Shown piece by piece: positions 56,624-64,000 of a DNA stretch of 64,000 nucleotides. This DNA comes from Candidatus Woesearchaeota archaeon (GTDB lineage Archaea > Nanobdellota > Nanobdellia > Woesearchaeales > DSVV01). The stretch covers positions 17,246 through 81,245 of the forward strand of contig JAGVYH010000002.1 in assembly GCA_018303325.1 (NCBI GenBank). The letters run 5' to 3'. The notes beneath the pieces are model-generated. The model worked only from the letters and a program-made list of their open reading frames with translations. It was not told where the DNA came from and did not search any database. Position 1 is the stretch's first letter, and every line of letters begins with the position of its first letter. The translations under genes and the position numbers were made by a program.

Positions 56624-59248
56624 ATGTTCATGAGAGCTATGGAAAAGGATAAAAACAGCGACGAGAAAATCATTCCTGAAAAAACTGAAAAAACAAGCGA
56701 AGACTCAAATAAAGAAGCAGATAATAATGATAAGAATCTTGAAATTAATGATATTTCTGCGCCAGAAATAGAGAATGTTGAGAAAGGAATTACACCAATA
56801 GTAATAGAAGATGAGATGAAGACCTCTTATATAGATTATGCTATGAGTGTTATTGTAGGAAGGGCATTGCCTGATGTTAGAGACGGCTTAAAACCTGTCC
56901 ACAGAAGGATTTTGTTTGCGATGAATGAGATGGGGATGGCGCATAATAAACCTTATAAAAAATCAGCAAGAATAGTGGGGGACTGCCTCGGGAAATATCA
57001 TCCGCATGGTGATCTGGCTGTTTATGATTCAATGGTAAGAATGGCGCAAAACTTCTCATTAAGATATACATTAATTGACGGCCACGGCAACTGGGGCAGC
57101 ATTGATGGAGACTCTGCAGCGGCAATGAGATATACAGAATGTCGTCTGCAAAAAATCGCAGAAGACATATTAGAAGATATTGACAAAGAAACAGTAAATT
57201 TTGTTGATAATTTCGACGGAACATTAAAGGAACCAGTAGTATTACCTTCAAAGGTTCCTAACTTATTAATCAATGGCTCATCTGGAATCGCTGTAGGTAT
57301 GGCAACAAATATTCCGCCACATAATATTCAAGAGGTATGCAGCGCAGCCATTAATGTTATAGACAATCCAGAAATGCCAATAAAAGAATTAATGAATATA
57401 GTTAAAGGCCCTGATTTTCCAACCGGCGGCATTATATGCGGAAAACTTGGTATAAGCTATGCATACGGCACAGGAAGAGGAAAAATTCTTGTAAAAGGAA
57501 AAACACACATTGAAAAGCATAAAGAAAGAGAAGCAATCATTATAGATGAAATACCTTATATGGTCAACAAATCCACGTTAGTTGAAGAGATTGCTGACAA
57601 TGTCAAATCAAAAATGATAGAGGGAATCAGCGATATAAGGGATGAGAGTGACAAAAGCGGAATGCGTGTTGTTATCGAACTGAAGAAAGATTCCAATACT
57701 GATGTTGTATTGAATCAATTATATAAACATTCAAAATTACAGAATACATTTGGAATTATTATGCTTGCATTGGTTGATAACGAGCCAAGAATTCTTAATC
57801 TTAAAGAGATGCTTGAAGAATTTATAAAACACAGAAAAATCGTTGTCATAAGAAGAACACAGTTTGAACTGAAAAAAGCAGAGGAAAGGGCGCATATTCT
57901 TGAAGGCTTAAAAATTGCATTAAGCGATATAGACAATGCAATAAGAATCATAAAGGCAGCAAAAGATGTTAATATCGCCAGAACTGGTTTAGTCACAACT
58001 TACACATTAACAGAAATACAGGCACAGGCTATTCTCGACATGAAATTACAAAAATTAACTTCTCTGGAAACTGAAAAAATTCTTGAAGAATTAATAAATC
58101 TGATTGAAAAGATAAAGGATTTCAAGGAGATACTTGCTTCTGAAATAAGGATTAAGGATATCATAAAAAGTGAATTAGTTGAGATTAGCGAAAGGTATAA
58201 AGACGAGAGAAAAACAGAGATAAGCGAGAGCGAAGAAGAAGAGGAAATTGAAATTGAAGATCTTATCGAAGAAGAAGATGTTGTTGTTACAATCTCTCAT
58301 GGAGGTTATATCAAGAGAACACCTTTAAACGTCTACAAATCTCAGGGCAGAGGCGGCAGAGGTATAATCGCTGCAACAACAAAAGAAGAAGATTTTGTGG
58401 AGCATTTATTTATTGCCAATACTCATGATTATTTGCTGTTCTTTACTGACAAAGGCCAAGTGCACTGGCTGAAGGTATTCAGAATCCCTGAAGGCGCCAG
58501 ACAGGCAAAGGGCAAAGCAATTGTTAATTTGATTAATATTGAAGCAGGAAGTGAGAAAGGCAGCAATATAACTGCGTTTATACCAATAAAACAATTTGAA
58601 GCAACACAATATTTGGTGATGGTAACAAATAATGGAATTATTAAAAAAACCAGCTTAGCAGAATTTTCAAACCCAAGGCATGGCGGAATAAAAGCAATAA
58701 ACATTGAAGAAGGCGATGAGCTGGTCAATGTATTATTAACCGACGGCACTAAACAGATAATAATTGCTACAAAAGACGGTCTTGCTGTCAAATTCAACGA
58801 AGAAGATGTTAGAGAGATGGGAAGATCATCGATAGGTGTAATTGGGATAAGATTGAAAAGAAAAGTAAATGAAAAAGGGGAAATAACTGATAGTGATAAA
58901 GTTATCGGCGCAGTAATCGGCGATGATAACAAAACATTACTGACAATAACTGAAAATGGTTATGGAAAAAGAACTAGTATCGGTGAATACAGACTGATTA
59001 ACAGAGGCGGGCAAGGTGTTATCAACATAATCTGCAGCGAAAGAAACGGAAATGTTGTCGGAATAAAAAGTGTTTCAGAAGAAGATGAAATCATGCTGAT
59101 AAGCCAGAAAGGTATAATTATCAGAACAAGATGCAATTTAATATCAGTCATTGGAAGAAATACACAAGGAGTAAGATTAATGAAACTTGAAGAAGGCGAT
59201 AAAGTAGTAAGTGCTGCGAAGATAATTGGCGATGAAGGAAGCGAATAG
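56624..59248 (+). CDS. gyrA: DNA gyrase subunit A
   Basis: [28 protein letters not shown] and AAMRYTE active-site Tyr region. C-terminal beta-pinwheel repeats. Confidence 0.95.
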   Translation: MFMRAMEKDKNSDEKIIPEKTEKTSEDSNKEADNNDKNLEINDISAPEIENVEKGITPIVIEDEMKTSYIDYAMSVIVGRALPDVRDGLKPVHRRILFAMNEMGMAHNKPYKKSARIVGDCLGKYHPHGDLAVYDSMVRMAQNFSLRYTLIDGHGNWGSIDGDSAAAMRYTECRLQKIAEDILEDIDKETVNFVDNFDGTLKEPVVLPSKVPNLLINGSSGIAVGMATNIPPHNIQEVCSAAINVIDNPEMPIKELMNIVKGPDFPTGGIICGKLGISYAYGTGRGKILVKGKTHIEKHKEREAIIIDEIPYMVNKSTLVEEIADNVKSKMIEGISDIRDESDKSGMRVVIELKKDSNTDVVLNQLYKHSKLQNTFGIIMLALVDNEPRILNLKEMLEEFIKHRKIVVIRRTQFELKKAEERAHILEGLKIALSDIDNAIRIIKAAKDVNIARTGLVTTYTLTEIQAQAILDMKLQKLTSLETEKILEELINLIEKIKDFKEILASEIRIKDIIKSELVEISERYKDERKTEISESEEEEEIEIEDLIEEEDVVVTISHGGYIKRTPLNVYKSQGRGGRGIIAATTKEEDFVEHLFIANTHDYLLFFTDKGQVHWLKVFRIPEGARQAKGKAIVNLINIEAGSEKGSNITAFIPIKQFEATQYLVMVTNNGIIKKTSLAEFSNPRHGGIKAINIEEGDELVNVLLTDGTKQIIIATKDGLAVKFNEEDVREMGRSSIGVIGIRLKRKVNEKGEITDSDKVIGAVIGDDNKTLLTITENGYGKRTSIGEYRLINRGGQGVINIICSERNGNVVGIKSVSEEDEIMLISQKGIIIRTRCNLISVIGRNTQGVRLMKLEEGDKVVSAAKIIGDEGSE

Positions 59249-59277
59249 AATTATGTATTTAGTTTAATGATCTAATT

Positions 59278-60249
59278 TTGAATCTGGAGCAAAGTAAAAA
59301 TCCATGGGCAAAAATTTATATAGACAGCCAATTCATTAATATTATGAACAAAAAAGTATTAAATCATTATTTGGAATTTGGTACATTTACTAATCCTGGC
59401 TGTTATAAAGAATTTCTTAAACTTCTTCCAAATGATGTAAAAGAGCTTGGCAATTTAATATGCCATCAAGTCATTCACCGCAGAACTCTCAAAGAAGGCA
59501 ACACAAAAGCTAACAAAGATCTGCGCTATGGTGATATAAATAAATATCCGTGGTATAGATTAAGATGCGATGATGATATATTGCCTACTGCTGTTTCAAT
59601 GATTGCAGAATTATTAAGGCTTGATAACAGAGGATTTTTAGCAGAGAGAAAAGTAGAACATAAAATTGTCGTCACCTGCCGTTTTGTTGCAATTCTAATG
59701 GCTTCTATCTTAAAATCAAAAGGTATTCCATGCAGGGTTCGTTCAGGATTTGCCCCTTATTTTTTCAAAGGAAGCAGCGATCACTGGATTAATCAATATT
59801 GGGACAAAAGAAAACAAATGTGGATTACTTTTGACGCAGATGGATTCTTTGACAATACAATCGGGTTTGACCAATACAATATCCCTGAAACAAAATTTGA
59901 TTGGGCTGCGAATACTTGGATTGGGATCAGAATGGGGAAATTAGATGCCAACAATTTTATCAACGCAGGCGGATTCAAAGGATTAATACCTGTTCTTTGG
60001 GCAGTCTTTTATGATTTTCACAGTTTAATGAACAATGAAATTATTTATAATCAAATGCCAAGTTATATTTATTTTAAGTTTGATAAACTAAATGAAAAAG
60101 ATTTTAAAGAAATTGATGAATTAGCTAAATTAATGTTATACCCTGATAAAAATTTTGATAAATTAGTCAAAATTTGGAATACAAAAAAGAGATTTAGAAT
60201 ATTAAACAGTCCATTAGTCTGGGACAGCGATCATGTCAAATGGAAATGA
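59278..60249 (+). CDS. transglutaminase-like cysteine peptidase superfamily protein
   Basis: Cys (VVTCRFVA), His (DHWINQYW) and Asp (TFDADG) triad spacing typical of the transglutaminase-like core. Confidence 0.6.
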   Translation: MNLEQSKNPWAKIYIDSQFINIMNKKVLNHYLEFGTFTNPGCYKEFLKLLPNDVKELGNLICHQVIHRRTLKEGNTKANKDLRYGDINKYPWYRLRCDDDILPTAVSMIAELLRLDNRGFLAERKVEHKIVVTCRFVAILMASILKSKGIPCRVRSGFAPYFFKGSSDHWINQYWDKRKQMWITFDADGFFDNTIGFDQYNIPETKFDWAANTWIGIRMGKLDANNFINAGGFKGLIPVLWAVFYDFHSLMNNEIIYNQMPSYIYFKFDKLNEKDFKEIDELAKLMLYPDKNFDKLVKIWNTKKRFRILNSPLVWDSDHVKWK

Positions 60250-60297
60250 ATTGTTAATCATTTTTTTAAAAGAAATATATGTAAAATGAGGGATAAA

Positions 60298-60423
60298 ATG
60301 AGCGAATTAGACAAGTTCAGGAAAAAATTGAAAAAAGAGTTTAATGAGCATCTTGAAGTTGACGAAGACAGCGATCTGCCTGTACATGAAAAGTTTACTA
60401 AGGAAAAGAAGATAAAGAAGTAA
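60298..60423 (+). CDS. possible small protein (41 aa, Lys/Glu-rich)
   Basis: GAGGGA Shine-Dalgarno 4-5 nt upstream of ATG. Intergenic, with coding-like composition. Confidence 0.25.
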   Translation: MSELDKFRKKLKKEFNEHLEVDEDSDLPVHEKFTKEKKIKK

Positions 60424-60491
60424 AGCTCTTGCGAATGCTTGAATAAGCGACAAACCCAAGAAATAAGCTAAGAAATAAAAAGAAACCAAAA

Positions 60492-62036
60492 ATGAACAAT
60501 CTTACTGAAAGATTTAAAAAAATTCTTAATAAAAAATGGTACATTCAGGGGTTTAATGGCTGCCTGAATTTCTGTTTTGCTGCTCCGCAGTCTGGATTAG
60601 TTGGATGTCATAATAATCTTGGATATGGTTACACAGAAAAAGTATTTATTTTTAACAAAGATTATGTTGAATATCTTTATCTTGAAGATGATTTTAGAAA
60701 TATTGGGAATACGTTTCTTGAGAAATACAAGAAAAACAAGAATTATCTCAAAGAAGTGATGAAAAAGGATGCAGTAATTGTTGCTTCATCAAAAAAAACA
60801 ATGAGCAAGATAGACAACACAGAATTAACAAAATTAAACAAACAAGAGCTGGTTAAATTATATCAGGAAATGCAAACTGCCTATCATGGAATTCTGGATG
60901 TAAGCCATATTATTGAAGGCATTTCTTTTGTCGTCGAACCGCTCCTGAAAAAAAAGATTGAAGATGCATTAAAACTTGAAAGGCATGATCCTGAATTTAG
61001 AAATATATTCAATCTGCTTATGCAACCTGCAAAGCCATCCTTTGCGAATGAAGAGTACATTGATATACTTGAAATTGTAAAATTAGTGAAAAAAGACAAA
61101 GAATTGTTTTCTTTATTCAATAAGTTAACACTTCAAGAAACAGCTGAAAGATTAAACAAAAACATAAAAGAAAAAATTATTGCACACAGAAAAAGATTTT
61201 TGTACAACCAGCTAAATTATTATCACGGGAATCCTTTAAGTGAATTAGATTATATTTCTGAAATAAAAAAACTGCTTGAAGAAAATATCGATATTGACGA
61301 TAAGCTTAAGGCAGAAAAAGAGAGATACACTTTAAATGCTAAGATGAGAGGGGGGATTATACACAAATATAAGTTTAATGATGAGATTACTTCATTAATT
61401 AATATATCGATGATGGTTCTTCACTGGCAGGATAATAGAAAAAAGAATATTTTGACTGGTGTTTATTACATGAATCTTTTGCTTGGCGAGATTGGCAGGA
61501 GATATAACATTCCATTAGAAAAGATAAAAAGATATCTTCCAGAGGAGATAACTGAAGATAAGCTTGATAATTTTAGTATGGATGATGCTAATGAAAGGAT
61601 GAAGCGTTATATTATTTACAGCAAAAGAGAAAATGGAAAGCTGATATTTGAAATTTATACAAAAGAGGATTATGAAAAGATTATGGATATTTACAATAAA
61701 ACATATATAGAACAAAATGATATTCACGGCGCATCAGCATCACCAGGCAAGATAATTGGTGTTGCAAGGATATGCAAAACAAAAGAAGATCTTTTGAAAT
61801 TTAAGGTTGGTGAAATACTAGTTGCATCAATGACAAGGCCGGAATTTGTGCCTGCAATGAAAAAAGCATCAGCCATAGTAACTGATGAAGGCGGGTTAAC
61901 GTGCCATGCATCTATTGTTTCCAGAGAATTAGGCAAGCCATGCATTGTAGGAACAAAGATTGCCACAAAAGTGTTAAAAGACGGCGATATGGTAGAAGTG
62001 AATGCAAACCACGGCACTGTAAAGAAGATAAAATAA
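60492..62036 (+). CDS. PEP-utilising-enzyme mobile (swivel phospho-His) domain protein with uncharacterised 400-aa N-terminal region
   Basis: C-terminal GGLTCHASIVSRELGKPCIVG matches the swivel-domain catalytic His motif. Confidence 0.6.
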   Translation: MNNLTERFKKILNKKWYIQGFNGCLNFCFAAPQSGLVGCHNNLGYGYTEKVFIFNKDYVEYLYLEDDFRNIGNTFLEKYKKNKNYLKEVMKKDAVIVASSKKTMSKIDNTELTKLNKQELVKLYQEMQTAYHGILDVSHIIEGISFVVEPLLKKKIEDALKLERHDPEFRNIFNLLMQPAKPSFANEEYIDILEIVKLVKKDKELFSLFNKLTLQETAERLNKNIKEKIIAHRKRFLYNQLNYYHGNPLSELDYISEIKKLLEENIDIDDKLKAEKERYTLNAKMRGGIIHKYKFNDEITSLINISMMVLHWQDNRKKNILTGVYYMNLLLGEIGRRYNIPLEKIKRYLPEEITEDKLDNFSMDDANERMKRYIIYSKRENGKLIFEIYTKEDYEKIMDIYNKTYIEQNDIHGASASPGKIIGVARICKTKEDLLKFKVGEILVASMTRPEFVPAMKKASAIVTDEGGLTCHASIVSRELGKPCIVGTKIATKVLKDGDMVEVNANHGTVKKIK

Positions 62037-62113
62037 AAATCCCTGCCACCATAAGCGACGAAATATCCTCCAATAAACTAAAATTCCAACTGCCAAAAAA
62101 GAAGGTATTTAAA

Positions 62114-62386
62114 ATGAACTCTTACCAATTGTTTCAAGCTGGAATGTTTATCATATTTATAGGAATTATTGTATTAATAATTGCGTCATTTCTCAGCGCA
62201 AAAGATGAAACAAAAATCACAAGTGATAAAAGCAGTACTGCTAAATTCAGTGTCATCGGTATTTTCGGATTTATTCCGTTTGGATTTGGAAACGACAAAA
62301 AGATGCTGATAGTTACTTTAATCTTGGCAATAATTATTATGATTGTTTCTTTCTTTTTGTTTTATAGAAAGGTTGTATTTGTTTAG
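62114..62386 (+). CDS. small two-TM membrane protein
   Basis: GAAGG RBS before ATG 62114. Two hydrophobic helices. The upstream part of the track ORF overlaps the preceding gene, so I trimmed it. Confidence 0.45.
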   Translation: MNSYQLFQAGMFIIFIGIIVLIIASFLSAKDETKITSDKSSTAKFSVIGIFGFIPFGFGNDKKMLIVTLILAIIIMIVSFFLFYRKVVFV

Positions 62387-62534
62387 TTCCAAAGCGCAGC
62401 CACACATCTCATGAATTTTTAGTTTAGGATTTTTACTTTGTTCTTTTCGAATAGAATTCTTAAAAAAATATTCATGAGACGGTGGACTGCGTCCCTAGAA
62501 GGGATTGAGAGCAGAAAACAAGATTGAGGACGAG
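62382..62534 (+). repeat. Family B copy B3, begins at the stop codon of the small TM protein gene
   Basis: TTTAGTTCC...AGCGCAGCCACACATCTCATGA...TCATGAGACGGTGGACTGCGTCCC...ATTGAGAGCAG...ATTGAGGACGAG. Confidence 0.7.
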
Positions 62535-62586
62535 AAAAAGATAAAAGAATAAGAGAAACCAGTTAAACAAATAGATTAATCACATC

Positions 62587-63522
62587 TCAGCATATCATTT
62601 CAATCGCTTTCTCATACATTTTCAATTTGATTGGCGTTTTGCCGATGATTTCTGCGTCTGCATGCGCGATTACTGGCTCATCAGAGGTTATTTCCAATGA
62701 GGTTGCTTTAACGCATATAACATCTTTAAATTTATAGACTTGGGTTGTTGCAAAACCAAAAAGATATCTCAATATATCAGACAATTCTTTTTTCTGGAGA
62801 ATGAGAACATCGAAAAAACCGTCGTCATCTTTAGAATGCGGGATAATTTGAAATAAGTTCTGAAATTTTGCAATGTTGCATACAAGAACATAATATCCTG
62901 TATAAGTATTGCCATTTAGTCTTACACTGAGCAATTTTGGCTGATAATTGAATATTGCTTTCAGCAAACTTAAAGGATATGCAACTTCTCCAAACATCTT
63001 CTTTATCTTTGGCTCGACATTTTTGTACATTTCTGCGTCTATGCCTACGCCGCAGGCAATTGCAAAGTATCTGTTGTTTGCCCTGCCGATGTCTAAATCT
63101 TTTCTTCTGTTCTGGTGGATAATATTTATTGCTTTGTCAATCGATTTAGGAATGTTAAAGGCTCTTGCAATCATGTTAGATGTGCCGATAGGTATGATTG
63201 CTAGTCCTGGTGTCCTGTTCAATTTTGTTTTTATTGCATTATTTGGCTTTTTTAAAGTTCTGGCGAATTTCTTTTCCATCAAACCATTAATGGCTTCATT
63301 AATTGTACCGTCACCGCCAGCTACAATTACTACGTCTGCTTTAGAATTTTTTGCAAATGATGCTGCATCACCCTTCTTTTCAGTTATCTTAATATCAATG
63401 TCACCTTTAAAGAAACTTTGTATTTTATGAAGTATTAAATTGCAATCTTTATTTCCAGAGCATGGATTAATAATTAGTGTGTATTTTTGATGATTATAAT
63501 TAATTGGGGTTTCGCATTTCAT
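62587..63522 (-). CDS. diacylglycerol kinase catalytic domain (YegS/DgkA-like) lipid kinase
   Basis: VVIVAGGDGTINEAINGL DAGK_cat motif. Confidence 0.85.
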   Translation of the reverse strand: MKCETPINYNHQKYTLIINPCSGNKDCNLILHKIQSFFKGDIDIKITEKKGDAASFAKNSKADVVIVAGGDGTINEAINGLMEKKFARTLKKPNNAIKTKLNRTPGLAIIPIGTSNMIARAFNIPKSIDKAINIIHQNRRKDLDIGRANNRYFAIACGVGIDAEMYKNVEPKIKKMFGEVAYPLSLLKAIFNYQPKLLSVRLNGNTYTGYYVLVCNIAKFQNLFQIIPHSKDDDGFFDVLILQKKELSDILRYLFGFATTQVYKFKDVICVKATSLEITSDEPVIAHADAEIIGKTPIKLKMYEKAIEMIC

Positions 63523-63547
63523 TGTGTTTGTTTATTATTTGTATTTA

Positions 63548-63746
63548 TTTAGTTCCTGGCATGTCCAACCCGTTCACTAAGATAAATTAGTAAGTCGTTA
63601 GTCGTAGGTCGTTTGTCGTCAGCTGTTTTTTATGTTTTTCCGTTTACAACTAACGGCAAACGACTTACGACAAACAGTTTAATTAGTGAGACGGTGGACT
63701 GCGTCCCACAAACGGAAGGAGAGCTCAATAACGGGTTGTGAGCAAT
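63548..63746 (+). repeat. Family B copy B4, longer internal palindromic GTCGTT-rich segment
   Basis: TTTAGTTCC...degenerate left TIR...GTGAGACGGTGGACTGCGTCCCACAAACGG...GAGAGC...GTTGTGAGCAAT. Confidence 0.65.
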
Positions 63747-63767
63747 AAAAAATATTAATTATAGTGG

Positions 63768-63960
63768 CGAACTTTAATATTTGATTAATTTTGTTAAAGT
63801 TCGCGTATAGCGAACGAACTAAATCACATTATTTTATTAGTTTAGTTCGTTCAATGTAACAAACCCATAAAACTTTATTATTAAAATTTAGTGTGTTTGT
63901 TACATATAGGCACGAAATTTTATGCTCAATTATTAATGTTCGTGCCTATAGCTAAACAAA
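63768..63960. repeat. cluster of four unique long-spacer dyad symmetries
   Basis: GCGAACTTTAA-n16-TTAAAGTTCGC. GAACGAACTAAA-n17-TTTAGTTCGTTC. TGTAACAAAC-n30-GTTTGTTACA. TATAGGCACGAA-n22-TTCGTGCCTATA. Confidence 0.55.
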
Positions 63961-64000
63961 TACAATTATTTTATGCCAGCCACAACACTATTCTCAAACA

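Noticed and set aside
58429-58932. 167-aa minus-strand ORF inside gyrA
   Set aside because: Antisense to gyrA and Leu/Ser/Pro-rich low complexity.
60307-60489. 60-aa minus-strand ORF between the transglutaminase-like and PEP-utilizer genes
   Set aside because: Hydrophobic low-complexity shadow ORF. The plus-strand 41-aa ORF with a Shine-Dalgarno sequence is a better, though still weak, candidate.
61901-62113. 5' part of track ORF 61901-62386 overlapping the end of the PEP-utilizer gene
   Set aside because: It overlaps a well-supported gene in another frame. The credible start is the ATG at 62114 with an RBS, giving a 90-aa membrane protein.
1-64000. Prophage, integrase, transposase or toxin-antitoxin genes as the source of the repeats
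   Set aside because: No integrase, transposase or phage structural gene is recognisable in any frame. The repeats appear to be non-autonomous.

Overview
This window is 64 kb of AT-rich (about 30% GC) DNA that I read as bacterial, because it carries an RpoD-type sigma-70 factor and GyrA. It also carries archaeal-type housekeeping genes, a class I lysyl-tRNA synthetase and Pth2. I found no tRNA, rRNA or CRISPR array.

The first 37 kb is a dense surface-glycan biosynthesis island made of three modules:
- An Arn-like lipid-carrier module: a GT2 polyprenyl-phosphate glycosyltransferase, a CE4 ArnD-like deacylase, a GT-C ArnT-like transferase and a WbpB/WbpE/WbpD-like oxidoreductase, aminotransferase and acetyltransferase triad.
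- A legionaminic/pseudaminic-type nonulosonic acid operon with a fused CMP-synthetase/synthase gene, a PIG-L de-N-acetylase, a sugar N-formyltransferase and dedicated folate enzymes (FolD and a 5-formyl-THF cyclo-ligase carrying an in-frame TAA).
- A GDP-mannose dehydratase and perosamine-synthase-like operon with a Wzx flippase.

Three B12-binding radical SAM enzymes and four SAM methyltransferases are scattered through the island.

The middle of the window holds a Cys-rich anchored extracellular protein, a RimK ATP-grasp plus retropepsin-like peptidase pair, and a two-component signalling cluster. That cluster has three stand-alone receiver proteins, two histidine kinases (one 1082 aa, GAF-rich) and an HTH-REC-degenerate GGDEF regulator.

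The last 16 kb is housekeeping: lysK with a 12-bp tandem-repeat N-terminal extension, rpoD, a U32 peptidase, pth2, gyrA, a transglutaminase-like protein, a PEP-utilizer swivel-domain protein and a DAGK-like lipid kinase.

Two unrelated intergenic repeat families are present:
- Family A is a roughly 95-bp double-hairpin element. Its copies differ by compensatory substitutions that preserve both stems.
- Family B is a 125-200 bp MITE-like element with terminal inverted repeats and a strongly conserved 3' module.

Family A and B copies bracket single genes (rimK, a response regulator and the lipid kinase). Clusters of unique long-spacer dyad symmetries also occur.

All calls rest on reading the translated ORFs and the DNA by eye. 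Repeat coordinates are approximate, within a few bp.
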